This document shows, one piece after another, positions 22,615 to 31,456 of a stretch of 31,456 bases of DNA (positions are counted from its first letter, which is position 1; each line of letters starts with the position of its first letter). Both the position numbers and the translations under genes were made by a program. The DNA is taken from the IMG/VR virus record IMGVR_UViG_3300045988_128093, positions 1 to 31,456 of that record. One strand, 5' to 3'. The DNA comes from a virus. The notes beneath the pieces were generated by a model. That model was not told where the DNA came from. It was given only the letters and a program-made list of their open reading frames with translations, and did no database searches.

Positions 22615-23196
22615 ATGCCAGAACCAACAAAGCCAGAGGCTAAATATCATCTTGGACTTAAAAACGTGCACTACTATCCCGCAACATGGGATGAGAAGCT
22701 AAACAAGCTGACACTCGGAACGGGCAAGCCTTGGAGGGGAGCTGTTAGTTTAAGTGCAGATGTATCGGGCGATTCAAACTCTACATATGCAGATGATGGA
22801 ACGTGGGCTATTATTGAGGCGATCCAGAAAGAAGAACTCGAACTTGAAATGTTCCAGATTCCAGAAGATTTCCAGACATCGCATCTAGGGGCAAAACGGG
22901 ATACAGATGGAAATATCGTCAATGGCGATTCAGACAAGGGCAGTTATTTCGCGCTTGCGTTCGAATTCGACCAAGACACACAGGCAAGAAGATTCCTATA
23001 TTTCTACTGCAAAGCTGCGATGCCAAGCACCAGCTCTGAAACGAAGAAGGAATCGAATGAGCCAAAGCCAATAAAGATTAAAATTAAGGCGGCTGGACTT
23101 CCAGGAATCGGAAGACGAAAGGTATCATCTGTGCAGACAAAGCCAGAAGTATATGAAGCTTGGTACACCGCACCGAAAGTGCCAACTTTTGCTTAA
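22615..23196 (+). CDS. Major tail protein
   Basis: 193 aa, strong RBS, located just upstream of the chaperone/TMP genes and followed by a terminator-like attenuator. Confidence 0.7.
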   Translation: MPEPTKPEAKYHLGLKNVHYYPATWDEKLNKLTLGTGKPWRGAVSLSADVSGDSNSTYADDGTWAIIEAIQKEELELEMFQIPEDFQTSHLGAKRDTDGNIVNGDSDKGSYFALAFEFDQDTQARRFLYFYCKAAMPSTSSETKKESNEPKPIKIKIKAAGLPGIGRRKVSSVQTKPEVYEAWYTAPKVPTFA

Positions 23197-23220
23197 ACAA
23201 TTTAATAAAAAACTTTATTA

Positions 23221-23250
23221 CCTCGCCAGCAAAAGCATGGCGAGGTTTTT
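23221..23250 (+). terminator. Intrinsic terminator/attenuator after the major tail gene
   Basis: CCTCGCC (23221-23227) / GGCGAGG (23239-23245), followed by T5. Confidence 0.6.
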
Positions 23251-23275
23251 CGCGATTTAGCACAGGAGAAGAACA

Positions 23276-23677
23276 ATGGCTAAAAAGACAATTATCAAGA
23301 ATGGAAAAGAGCACCACTTCGCAGCAACGGCAGCAACACCGAGGAAGTTCAGAAATCATTTCAAGCGTGACATGCTAATGGAACTATCAAATATATGTAA
23401 AGATGTTGATGCGGAAACGATGAAAGCTCTTCAAAATGGCGATGTAGAGGCTGCCAATGTAGATATCGAGCAAGTTGACATGGGGCTAATGGAAGATATG
23501 GCATACATTATGTGTGTAGATAAAAAGCCAGCAACAGTTGAAGAGTGGCTAGAGCAGTTTGAGATGATGGATGGAATTGAACTTGTAACAGAGGCTTTCG
23601 AGCTATGGGAAGATAGTGAGAAAACACTTGTTGAAGCTGAAGAGGCAGGAGGCAGCGAAGGCAGCGAAAAAAAATAG
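23276..23677 (+). CDS. Tail assembly chaperone, short form (gpG-like)
   Basis: 133 aa, acidic, directly upstream of the tape measure gene. Ends in an A8 slippery run. Confidence 0.75.
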   Translation: MAKKTIIKNGKEHHFAATAATPRKFRNHFKRDMLMELSNICKDVDAETMKALQNGDVEAANVDIEQVDMGLMEDMAYIMCVDKKPATVEEWLEQFEMMDGIELVTEAFELWEDSEKTLVEAEEAGGSEGSEKK

Positions 23678-23874
23678 AGAGCAGTCGCAAATTCACGACT
23701 GCTCTTTTTTATTTGAGATGCACAGAAATAGGACTTAGCCAAAAAGACATTGAAGAAATGGATATAGGGCTAGTCTACGACATTATGACAGAAAAAATTA
23801 ATGATAACTATTACGAAGAAAACAAAGAGAAAGCACCTCCGCAAGAATTCTTTGATAGGTTCGCAGAAGGGTAA
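23276..23874 (+). CDS. Tail assembly chaperone, long form (gpGT-like) by -1 programmed frameshift at A_AAA_AAA (23668..23674)
   Basis: I translated the -1 frame by hand from 23674 (IESSRKFTTALFYLRCTEIGLSQKDIEEMDIGLVYDIMTEK...FAEG). It stays open for 66 codons to the TAA at 23872-23874, 5 nt before the TMP ATG. Confidence 0.7.
23678..23714 (+). promoter_or_regulatory. Perfect 10-bp hairpin plus T-run, 3 nt after the slippery site (frameshift stimulator and/or terminator)
   Basis: AGAGCAGTCG (23678-23687) / CGACTGCTCT (23696-23705), 8-nt loop, followed by TTTTTTATTT. Confidence 0.65.
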
Positions 23875-23879
23875 ATGAC

Positions 23880-26336
23880 ATGGCGAAAAAAGCATTAGAA
23901 ATTGAAATATCTGGGAAAAGTGTCAAATTTATCCAAGCGGTAAAAAAGGCACAGGCAGCAACACGAAGCATGCATAGCGAGATGAGCTCTGTCGATAAGC
24001 TAATGAAGAATGACCCACTCAATACTACACTCATGAAGCAAAAAGGGCAGATTCTGAATGAACAGCTAATCGGCACGAAAAAACATCTTGCGGATTTACG
24101 AGCAAATCAAGAGAAGGTGAAAGCTGCATTCGAGCGAGGCGATATCGGAGCGGATGAATATCGCAAGTTTCAGAGAGAAATAATTGCGACAGAACAGAAG
24201 ATTGCACAGCTCGAAAAAGCACAAGCTCGATATGTAGCTTCGCAAACAAGAATAGGTCAACTCGGAGCAAAATACACTCTGCTAGGGCAGAAGATTGAAG
24301 CTGTTGGGCAGAAAATGAAAGCGGTATCAATAGCAGCTGGAGTAGTAGCTGCGGCACTTGGCGGAGTTGCGTATAAGGCCGCAAGGCAAGCTGATGATTT
24401 AAATACTTTGTCAAAGCAATACGGAATCAGTACAAAAGATTTGCAAATGTACAAATCAGCTGCAGAGCTCGTTGATGTTCCAGTTGAAACACTGGCAAAA
24501 TCTCACAGCAAACTGAAGAAGAATATGCTGGCAGCATCACAGTCCGCAAGTGGCTCTGCGGCAAAGGCATTTAACGCACTCGGGATAAGCGTCACAGACA
24601 GTTCTGGGCATCTGCGAAATGGCAATGCGGTGTATGACGAAGCTATTTTGAAGCTTGGCAAAATGAAGAACGCAACAGAGCGAGATGCATATGCAATGGC
24701 TATCTTCGGTAAATCTGCAGCGGATCTCAATCCATTAATTCTTGATGGTGGTGAAACTTATAGGAAAGTTTCTGAAATATTTAGAAAAAACAAGCTAGAG
24801 CCAATCAGCCAGAGTGCACTTGATAGAGCCAACGCATTCAATGACCAAATAGACATCATTAAGATGGTAGCCGCTAGAGCTATTCAAATTATTGGAACTA
24901 AAATGGCTGGATATTTACTACCAGCTATTACAGCTGTTCAAGAAAAATTTTCTAGCCTTGCTGGTAAAATTGCGGGACTATCTGGCGGAGCACTATCAGC
25001 AATCCTGGGCATCGCTGGCGGACTAGCAATCTTTGCACCAGCCACAATATTTGTCGGAAAATTCGCGCAAGCATTTGGAAGCTCTCTTACAACTATATCA
25101 AGGATGTTGCCGTTATTATCGAGAGTATGGGGGTTGCTTGCAGCAAATCCTATAATTCTTGTTGTTGCGGGAATAGTAGCACTTGTTGCGATATTCGGGA
25201 AACTTGGTGCATCTGCTGAAAATGTGGGTGCGAAGGTTGCAGCATTCGCGACTGGTCTAGCGGATAAAATTTCATCAGTAGCAACGATGATAAGTGCGCA
25301 TGGTCCAGAAATAGCACAAGCTGGAATTCAAGTTCTAACTGCAGTTATTAATGGAATTGTGCAAGCAGCACCAGCATTGATTTCAGCAATAGGACAAATG
25401 GCGCTAGCTATAGGGCAAACACTCGTTGCGAGTGCGCCCGCGATACTATCATCGATAGGCTCAATCATTGGCAATATAGGCTCGATGATTCGTGCACACG
25501 CACCATCAATCTTCCAAGAAGGTGCTGAAATGCTCAAAAATCTCGTGCAAGGGTTTGCGAATTCACTTCCGAGTATAGTGGGACATATTGCCAACGCAAT
25601 AACAGGCATCGCTAATTTTGTAAAACAGAACTGGCCAACGATTATTCAGACGGGAACAGAGTTATTGATAACTCTCGGACAAGGCATAGTGCAAGCAATC
25701 CCATCTGTTGTTGCGCACATACCTCAAGTGCTGGCTGCAATCGTATCAGCGATCGTTGCGCTAGCGGGAGCATTGCTATCAGCTGGAGCACATATCATTG
25801 CAGCACTGGCGCGAGGCATCGCATCTGGATTCGGCCATGTGATATCAACTGTTGCATCTAAAGCAGCAAGAATCCCGAGCGCTATCAAAAGAGGTGTAGG
25901 CTCACTGCTCGGAATAGGTGCGCACCTTATCGAAGGTTTGAAACAAGGAATGATGAACAAGTTTAATCATCTGATTTCATGGATAGGCAACAAGGCAAGT
26001 GCGATAAAGAAGAAGATTACAAGTGTGCTAGATATTCATTCTCCGTCAAGATTCACAATCTGGGTGGGCGAGATGATGAATGCTGGACTTATGCAAGGTG
26101 GTGAGCGCACCTTCTCGAAAGTTTTGAATTCTTATGGCGCTAATATGGATGCGCTGAAAGAGCGCATGACAGTTGGAAGCTTCGATACAGGCACAATTGC
26201 AGCATCACCAATGGGCGCTGGCAATCAAACTGTGGTAACACAAGTTATCCACTTCCACGAGCCTGTACAAAGTCCAATTGATACAGAGAGAGCACTGAAG
26301 AGGCAAGCTGTAATCATGGGGCTTGCGGGAAGGTAG
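23880..26336 (+). CDS. Tail tape measure protein
   Basis: 818 aa. Coiled-coil N-terminus and long Gly/Ala/Ile-rich hydrophobic repeats. Position. Confidence 0.9.
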   Translation: MAKKALEIEISGKSVKFIQAVKKAQAATRSMHSEMSSVDKLMKNDPLNTTLMKQKGQILNEQLIGTKKHLADLRANQEKVKAAFERGDIGADEYRKFQREIIATEQKIAQLEKAQARYVASQTRIGQLGAKYTLLGQKIEAVGQKMKAVSIAAGVVAAALGGVAYKAARQADDLNTLSKQYGISTKDLQMYKSAAELVDVPVETLAKSHSKLKKNMLAASQSASGSAAKAFNALGISVTDSSGHLRNGNAVYDEAILKLGKMKNATERDAYAMAIFGKSAADLNPLILDGGETYRKVSEIFRKNKLEPISQSALDRANAFNDQIDIIKMVAARAIQIIGTKMAGYLLPAITAVQEKFSSLAGKIAGLSGGALSAILGIAGGLAIFAPATIFVGKFAQAFGSSLTTISRMLPLLSRVWGLLAANPIILVVAGIVALVAIFGKLGASAENVGAKVAAFATGLADKISSVATMISAHGPEIAQAGIQVLTAVINGIVQAAPALISAIGQMALAIGQTLVASAPAILSSIGSIIGNIGSMIRAHAPSIFQEGAEMLKNLVQGFANSLPSIVGHIANAITGIANFVKQNWPTIIQTGTELLITLGQGIVQAIPSVVAHIPQVLAAIVSAIVALAGALLSAGAHIIAALARGIASGFGHVISTVASKAARIPSAIKRGVGSLLGIGAHLIEGLKQGMMNKFNHLISWIGNKASAIKKKITSVLDIHSPSRFTIWVGEMMNAGLMQGGERTFSKVLNSYGANMDALKERMTVGSFDTGTIAASPMGAGNQTVVTQVIHFHEPVQSPIDTERALKRQAVIMGLAGR

Positions 26337-26340
26337 GAAA

Positions 26341-27198
26341 ATGAAACACATTGCTTCACTAAAAGCTATCCGCTCTGATGGTGAGGTTTTCAATTATCAA
26401 TCAGATAGTTGGGAGCTTCGCGCCCTTGAAGGTTTTGATTTTCCAGAAATTGAAACATCAAAGCAAGCAAGGGGAGTTGGTGATGGCGACATAATAACTG
26501 GGCAACGAAGGGTATCGCGTGACATGAAAATTGTTGCGCGCCCCCTAGATGCAGAAAATTACAATCTGCAAAGAATGCAAGCGATAGCTTTCCATAATAG
26601 CCGTATGAAATATGATTTACATATCAATTATTTAGGAACAGAGCGAATCGCAAAAGATTGCCAGATAACAGCAAGCAACTTTCCGCTTGGAAATGTGTAC
26701 AAGATGAAAGATTTAACAATTAGATTCTTATCAACATATGCAGATTTATTTGCTGTTGAAAGCGAACAAACGAATTTTAGCAAAAAGCAAGCCTTGTGGG
26801 TGTGGCCTCATGCGTATGGGCAAGGCATCATGCTGCCATTTTCCGCAGAAGAGCATACGACTGAAAAAGTAATCAACTACATCGGATCATCACCAGCACA
26901 TCCAATCATAGAAATAACATCAACTGGATATGCTAAAAATATTGAAGTTACGGTGAATAAAAAAACGGCAATTCTGAATGTTGAGATGCGCAAAGGCGAT
27001 AGAATCGAGATTGATACATCAAAATCATACGCAATACATAATAACAAAATTATTTCTCTAGGCGCAGACAATGATCCGTACGACTTTAGAAAATTCATTC
27101 TTGATTTTGGAGATAACTTTATCAAAGTTGATGCCGAAGTTGGTGGCTCTGCGTTACGTACAGAAATTGAGTATATAGGAAGGTATGATGGGTTATGA
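26341..27198 (+). CDS. Distal tail protein (Dit-like)
   Basis: Start moved to MKHIAS. Position immediately after the TMP gene. Confidence 0.6.
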   Translation: MKHIASLKAIRSDGEVFNYQSDSWELRALEGFDFPEIETSKQARGVGDGDIITGQRRVSRDMKIVARPLDAENYNLQRMQAIAFHNSRMKYDLHINYLGTERIAKDCQITASNFPLGNVYKMKDLTIRFLSTYADLFAVESEQTNFSKKQALWVWPHAYGQGIMLPFSAEEHTTEKVINYIGSSPAHPIIEITSTGYAKNIEVTVNKKTAILNVEMRKGDRIEIDTSKSYAIHNNKIISLGADNDPYDFRKFILDFGDNFIKVDAEVGGSALRTEIEYIGRYDGL

Positions 27199-28382
27199 TT
27201 CAGTTTTTTGATAAATTTATGAATCGCCTTGAAGATCTCGATTTTATCGAGGTGGCATGGAATCGAAAATGGACCGAAGCTGGAGATTTCTCTGTGAGGC
27301 TTGCAGCACAAGATTGGAATCAGCATGTGAAATTTGTTAAGAATACAGGACGTCCAGAAACAGGCATAGTGCAGAAAACTGTATATGAAGTTACCTCACA
27401 AGGCACTTTTGCAACAATATCTGGATTCTTTGCAGAAAAGGCTCTTGACGGAGTAGCACTTCATTCGGATGAAAATGTGAATGAAAAAGATGGCACAGTT
27501 ATTTTCGGCTTATTCGCAAACATTAACACAAGTGCGCTCGGGCAGTATTCGCGAACTGGAGGAAGTCACGAAATACCCCCATCAATAGTTGGTCAAGTAT
27601 GGGGCGATTATGATGCGAAGTGGATGCCAGAACTTGTGTATTCGTTCAAAGCTGGAACGGGTGCCGCAACAACTCTATATGATGCATGCGCCTTGTATGG
27701 AATGAGCTTCAACATTGAACTTGCACCGCCTTACAAAAACAATGTTGATTGGGTGGAAGAGTGGATGCGAAAGATAGAAGAGCCACATTTTCTGTATAAG
27801 GTAAAACCAACTAGCGGGCGAGACTTGCGCGCAAATGTATTCTTTGGAACAGGGTGGGGCGATGTATCGAAAATCGAATATGTATATGATGATAGCGCTG
27901 TAATTCCGATTATTGAAATTCGCCAGACTATGGACGAAACTGGTTTCAAAAATGAAGAATATATCACGGATGAGCAAGGCAACACGAAAAGCATGATCCG
28001 CGAATTTTACATTGACGAAAACAATAGACCAAAAGATTTAGACCTCTATCCGAAGAAAATAATTCAAGGGAGCGTTTCTGGAATTGAGCTAAAAGTAGCT
28101 AATGAATCTGTTATCAGAGAGCAGATGCGAAATCAAGGCAAGCTCGAAATGCTTAATCACTGGAAGCAAGAAACCATCAATGTAGATGTGTTGCAAAACA
28201 CATTTTACTATCTTGAAAATTACAATTTAGGTGATATATGCACGATTGTGCTAGATGATATTGAACAGATGTTTGCAGCAAGAATTGTTGAAGTTAAAGA
28301 GGTGCATAGGAAGAATGCGATTGAAGTACAGCTGGTGATGGGAACACCATATAAACAAAAATATGTTGCACTTAACATTTAA
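27195..28382 (+). CDS. Baseplate/tail-tip protein (Tal position; siphovirus Gp37-like)
   Basis: Position after Dit, size 395 aa, ATGA overlap with the upstream gene. Confidence 0.5.
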   Translation: MIQFFDKFMNRLEDLDFIEVAWNRKWTEAGDFSVRLAAQDWNQHVKFVKNTGRPETGIVQKTVYEVTSQGTFATISGFFAEKALDGVALHSDENVNEKDGTVIFGLFANINTSALGQYSRTGGSHEIPPSIVGQVWGDYDAKWMPELVYSFKAGTGAATTLYDACALYGMSFNIELAPPYKNNVDWVEEWMRKIEEPHFLYKVKPTSGRDLRANVFFGTGWGDVSKIEYVYDDSAVIPIIEIRQTMDETGFKNEEYITDEQGNTKSMIREFYIDENNRPKDLDLYPKKIIQGSVSGIELKVANESVIREQMRNQGKLEMLNHWKQETINVDVLQNTFYYLENYNLGDICTIVLDDIEQMFAARIVEVKEVHRKNAIEVQLVMGTPYKQKYVALNI

Positions 28383-28393
28383 GGAGGTAATTT

Positions 28394-29131
28394 ATGATAT
28401 CAATACCATTTCAATCAAAATTTGATGTAAATCCTAAAGGGGATAGAGCTGTTGATGATGTGACCGTGCGAAATATCGTGAAAGCGGTATGGAGCAATGG
28501 TGTGTGTTTAATCAGTGGCGATGGCTCTGATTTACAAGTGCAGCCCGCTGGCGGAATGAAGGTGAAAATCATGCCAGGGGGCTGCATAGTTGAAGGCGGC
28601 ATAGGACGTGAAGAATCAGCGCGCACTATCGCGATTAGTGCAGCTCATGCATCTCTTAAGAGGATAGATAGAATCGTTGCTAGATTAGATACATCTGATA
28701 GTTTCCGTAACATTGAGCTTTATAAAAAAGAGGGAACGCCCTCTACAACACCCGTTGCACCAACATTGATTAGAGAAAGCAATTATTTTGAAATTGCACT
28801 TGCGGATATATATATCAATGCTGGAGCATCCGAAATCAGTACAGCGAACATTCTCGACCAGAGGCCGAACAGCGAGCTGTGCGGATTCGTAGCACCAGCT
28901 TTCCCGGTTAACTTTGGACTTGAAGCAATGACATCGAGATGGCAGAGCATACTAGAGGGGGCAATTGATGGCACTGCAGCTGGGAAATTGCAGAACAGCA
29001 TCAACGAACTTCAAAAAGAACTACAGAAAGAACTGCAGAAACTAAATACATCAACAGATGATGTTAAGATTGATAACGCTAATGCAGAGAATGAGCTTGC
29101 TTCATTCTTTGGAACATCAATAAGAGCATAA
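28394..29131 (+). CDS. Tail fibre / receptor-binding candidate with a C-terminal coiled coil
   Basis: Position. LQKELQKELQKL is encoded by three 12-nt tandem repeats (29006..29041). Confidence 0.4.
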   Translation: MISIPFQSKFDVNPKGDRAVDDVTVRNIVKAVWSNGVCLISGDGSDLQVQPAGGMKVKIMPGGCIVEGGIGREESARTIAISAAHASLKRIDRIVARLDTSDSFRNIELYKKEGTPSTTPVAPTLIRESNYFEIALADIYINAGASEISTANILDQRPNSELCGFVAPAFPVNFGLEAMTSRWQSILEGAIDGTAAGKLQNSINELQKELQKELQKLNTSTDDVKIDNANAENELASFFGTSIRA

Positions 29132-29147
29132 GGGGGGGTGAAATAAT

Positions 29148-29567
29148 ATGATAAGTGTTCTCAAAACATTGATAGAAATCAAGAAGATGTTAGCGACTGT
29201 CGAAACAAAAAAACTTCTCTGGTCAAATGCAAGACCAAATTCAGAATTTTCGTCACAATCGCTAACGATTGATGGGAGCTATGATGAGTACATCATAGAG
29301 TGGAGTGACTACGTGGGCGAAAATGCTCGTTCTAGTTTAAGCTTAAAAAAAGGTGAGTCGGTCAAATATTGCGCACCATCGATTGGTGGCGGTGGAACAA
29401 ATTTCTGGACGAACGGAAGGACAGTTGCAAGCTCTGGGAGTGGTAGCTCTCATAGAATAACTTTTGGAGCTGGAACATATAAATCACAAGGCAACACATC
29501 TGTATCAACAACAAATGCCGCAATGATCCCCGTGAGGATATATGGCATCAAGAAGCTTGGCAATTAA
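29148..29567 (+). CDS. Hypothetical tail-associated protein
   Basis: Position. Gly/Ser-rich. A G7 tract lies in its RBS region (29132..29138). Confidence 0.4.
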   Translation: MISVLKTLIEIKKMLATVETKKLLWSNARPNSEFSSQSLTIDGSYDEYIIEWSDYVGENARSSLSLKKGESVKYCAPSIGGGGTNFWTNGRTVASSGSGSSHRITFGAGTYKSQGNTSVSTTNAAMIPVRIYGIKKLGN

Positions 29568-29573
29568 CTTTAG

Positions 29574-29598
29574 CACCGCATCTGCGGTGTATTTTATT
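29574..29598 (+). terminator. Rho-independent terminator after the tail genes
   Basis: CACCGC-atct-GCGGTG, followed by TATTTTATT. Confidence 0.7.
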
Positions 29599-29612
29599 GA
29601 AAGGAAAAAACA

Positions 29613-29915
29613 ATGAAGCCAGAATTCATAGGAAGCTTGATTATTGGACTAACAATGTTAATTGGATTAATTTCTGCGTTAAATAATTATGTGGGAAAGC
29701 CCGTTAATGAGCTGAACGCATCAATCAAGGCTCTCAATGTGAGAATTGAGAATCTTGCAGCAGATGTAACAAGTGTTGAATGTGCAGTAAAAGAGCAAGA
29801 GGCCCATGATAGAGAGTCGCATTCTAGGATGTGGGACAAGCATAACCAACATGATGATCGTTTAAACGACCATGAAAAGAGAATCACGCATTTAGAACAT
29901 AGGAAGGAGAATTAA
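29613..29915 (+). CDS. xhlA: XhlA-like membrane protein (lysis accessory)
   Basis: N-terminal TM helix followed by a coiled coil (NELNASIKALNVRIENLAADVTSVE...HEKRITHLEH). Immediately upstream of the holin. Confidence 0.55.
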   Translation: MKPEFIGSLIIGLTMLIGLISALNNYVGKPVNELNASIKALNVRIENLAADVTSVECAVKEQEAHDRESHSRMWDKHNQHDDRLNDHEKRITHLEHRKEN

Positions 29916-30314
29916 ATGATGAGTGTTGAAGTTATTTCAAAGATGTATATTCCGTTAGTGCTAGTATTTTGTCTTTGTATAGGATATATATTGAAAAAGT
30001 TTATGCCGACTGATAACAAAATAATCCCAACGGTACTTTTTGTTATCGGAATGGTGTGCGGCGTTATTTGTCTAGGCGTTAGCTTCGAAGCAATCGTGAA
30101 GGGCGGTGTTACAGGACTAGCAGCAACGGGCTTCCATCAGATGTTTAAGCAACTAATCGAAGGCTCAAAAAAAGACGATACAAAAGAATTTAAGATGCCA
30201 GCGCCAGCAGACGAAAATAAAAATATAAATGAAGAGGCTATTGCGGAGAATTTAAAAAGAGCAGAGGTGTTAAGCGATGGGGAAGAGGGAACAAATAATC
30301 AACACCGCCATTAG
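29916..30314 (+). CDS. Holin
   Basis: Predicted TM helices plus a charged C-terminal tail. It lies directly upstream of the endolysin and overlaps it. Confidence 0.65.
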   Translation: MMSVEVISKMYIPLVLVFCLCIGYILKKFMPTDNKIIPTVLFVIGMVCGVICLGVSFEAIVKGGVTGLAATGFHQMFKQLIEGSKKDDTKEFKMPAPADENKNINEEAIAENLKRAEVLSDGEEGTNNQHRH

Positions 30315-31248
30315 ATATAATGGCATGGCATTCAAGGGCGGGTCACACCGCACCTTGATTGATGTTTTCAACAAATATAAACCAGATGGCGCACCAATGA
30401 CATACACCGCCAATTTTTGCGCTGCATGCGCATCTGCAGTAGCATACATATGCGGCCTTGGCGATGCATATCCGTGTTCATACAATGTTGGAACGATTGT
30501 GCGGAAAGCGCAGCAAATGGGCATCTGGGTTGAAAACGACAATTTCACACCATCACCAGGAGACTGGATCATCTATGATTGGAATGATGATGGAAGAGGC
30601 GACAACACCAGAGGTGCTAGCCACGTTGGAATTGTCGTATCAGTTAGCTCTGGGATGATTAATGTGTTCGAATTCAACATCGGAAATCGCCACACGACAG
30701 GATATAGAAGAGTAGCCATCAATGGGCGATTTATTCGAGGTTTTGTGCATCCAAATTTTCAAACAACAGGCTGGATACAAGACAACGTCGGGTGGTGGTA
30801 TAGAAAATCTGATGGCAGTTATCCCAAGAGTACATGGCAACAATTCGATGGCGAATGGTATTATTTCAACGAACATGGATACGCAGTAACAGGCTGGCAG
30901 CAGATTGATGGCAAGTGGTACTATTTCGGAATAAATTGCAAGATGCAGATAGGTTGGCAATCAATCAATGATAAATGGTACTTCCTAGATCCAACAGAAG
31001 GCAGCATGTACGGAAATGGTGTGCATATGATTGAGGGGAAGAATTATTTCTTCAATTCTAGCGGGGCTATGCAGACAGGCTGGCAAATGATTGATGGCGA
31101 ATGGCAGCATTTTGAATCTGATGGCGCTCGTACAGAGAAGGGCATCGTGAAGGGCGATAAAATTTACATCATCAAAGATGGAAAGCTAGTCACAAATGAT
31201 GATGTTGAAGTACGAGCGAATGAGCAAGGGGAAATCTCTGTGAAGTAA
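30277..31248 (+). CDS. Endolysin: N-terminal CHAP/NlpC-P60-like amidase plus C-terminal cell-wall-binding (CW_binding_1) repeats
   Basis: Catalytic Cys context FCAACASAV and His context GASHVGIV. About six repeats of the GW..(I/F)DG(K/E)WYYF type. Confidence 0.85.
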   Translation: MGKREQIINTAIRYNGMAFKGGSHRTLIDVFNKYKPDGAPMTYTANFCAACASAVAYICGLGDAYPCSYNVGTIVRKAQQMGIWVENDNFTPSPGDWIIYDWNDDGRGDNTRGASHVGIVVSVSSGMINVFEFNIGNRHTTGYRRVAINGRFIRGFVHPNFQTTGWIQDNVGWWYRKSDGSYPKSTWQQFDGEWYYFNEHGYAVTGWQQIDGKWYYFGINCKMQIGWQSINDKWYFLDPTEGSMYGNGVHMIEGKNYFFNSSGAMQTGWQMIDGEWQHFESDGARTEKGIVKGDKIYIIKDGKLVTNDDVEVRANEQGEISVK

Positions 31249-31259
31249 AAGAGGGTAAA

Positions 31260-31349
31260 ATGAACAAGCTAATTGATGGCATAAACTTCATCTTGATTAA
31301 TGCACAAGTAGGCATTGAGCTAGGTGCAACAGGATGGAGCTTTTTCTAA
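31260..31349 (+). CDS. 29-aa peptide (MNKLIDGINFILINAQVGIELGATGWSFF)
   Basis: Manual translation. RBS AAGAGGG 5 nt upstream. Followed by a strong terminator. Function unknown. Confidence 0.4.
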   Translation: MNKLIDGINFILINAQVGIELGATGWSFF

Positions 31350-31356
31350 ACAAGAC

Positions 31357-31390
31357 AAAAGAGAAGCCGCGTGCTTCTCTTTTTTTATTG
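31357..31390 (+). terminator. Rho-independent terminator of the late/lysis operon
   Basis: AAAAGAGAAGC-cgcgt-GCTTCTCTTTT, followed by TTTTATT. Confidence 0.85.
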
Positions 31391-31401
31391 CAAATTTTTT
31401 T

Positions 31402-31456
31402 AAAAATATTAATAAAACTATTGACATATACGGCAATGCGTGTTAATATAATTACA
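31402..31456. repeat. Terminal direct repeat, copy 2 (identical to 1..55)
   Basis: Exact 55/55 identity with the window start. Confidence 0.95.

Noticed and set aside
23880-26336. Internal repetitiveness of the tape measure gene as a possible repeat array or CRISPR-like structure
   Set aside because: The repeats are degenerate and in-frame, encoding Gly/Ala/Ile-rich helical segments typical of TMPs. There are no spacer-repeat periodicity and no cas genes.
29006-29041. Three tandem 12-nt repeats (GAACTxCAxAAA)
   Set aside because: They simply encode the ELQK heptad-like coiled coil of the tail-fibre candidate. There is no evidence of a regulatory or variable-number function.
31323-31331. Fourth copy of GGTGCAACA (the arm-type repeat) inside the 29-aa ORF
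   Set aside because: It lies about 1.7 kb from the attP core across the junction. A single 9-mer match in about 63 kb of two-strand sequence is not improbable by chance.

Overview
The window appears to be a complete, circularly permuted genome of a temperate siphovirus-type phage from a low-GC Gram-positive, probably Clostridia-like, host. All calls come from reading the sequence and ORF translations and from motif recognition; no database search was run, so family names are hypotheses. The first 55 nt (1..55) recur exactly at 31402..31456, giving a unique length of 31,401 bp. An attP-like 3' fragment of a tRNA-Arg(CCU) lies internally (1598..1642), next to a tyrosine integrase. Gene order: (i) a minus-strand lysogeny module: integrase, NYN-domain protein, lipoprotein, ImmA-like protease, XRE repressor. 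(ii) A divergent Cro-like gene followed by a long plus-strand early operon of small ORFs, including an HNH/NinG-like protein, a MazG-DUF3310 fusion, a C5 cytosine methyltransferase and SSB. (iii) An HUH Rep-like protein preceded by an iteron and hairpin region. (iv) A sigma-like late activator and a ParB-fused N6/N4 methyltransferase. (v) An HK97-style packaging and head module: HTH TerS-like protein, HNH fused to a P-loop kinase, P27-type TerS, TerL, portal, protease, capsid. (vi) Neck and tail genes, with a -1 frameshifted chaperone and an 818-aa tape measure. (vii) Lysis genes: XhlA, holin, and a CHAP endolysin with cell-wall-binding repeats. (viii) An accessory locus spanning the circular junction. 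The best candidates for undescribed biology are in the accessory positions. One is a strong-promoter cassette encoding two hydrophobic micro-peptides and a 59-aa HTH protein. It is convergent with an operon encoding a very acidic 195-202 aa protein and a ribbon-helix-helix protein missing from the ORF track. Another is the NYN-domain nuclease behind a terminator-like leader between the immunity genes and the integrase. The HUH Rep-like gene is a further candidate, as the only recognisable replication initiator. No CRISPR array, rRNA, complete tRNA or transposase was seen.
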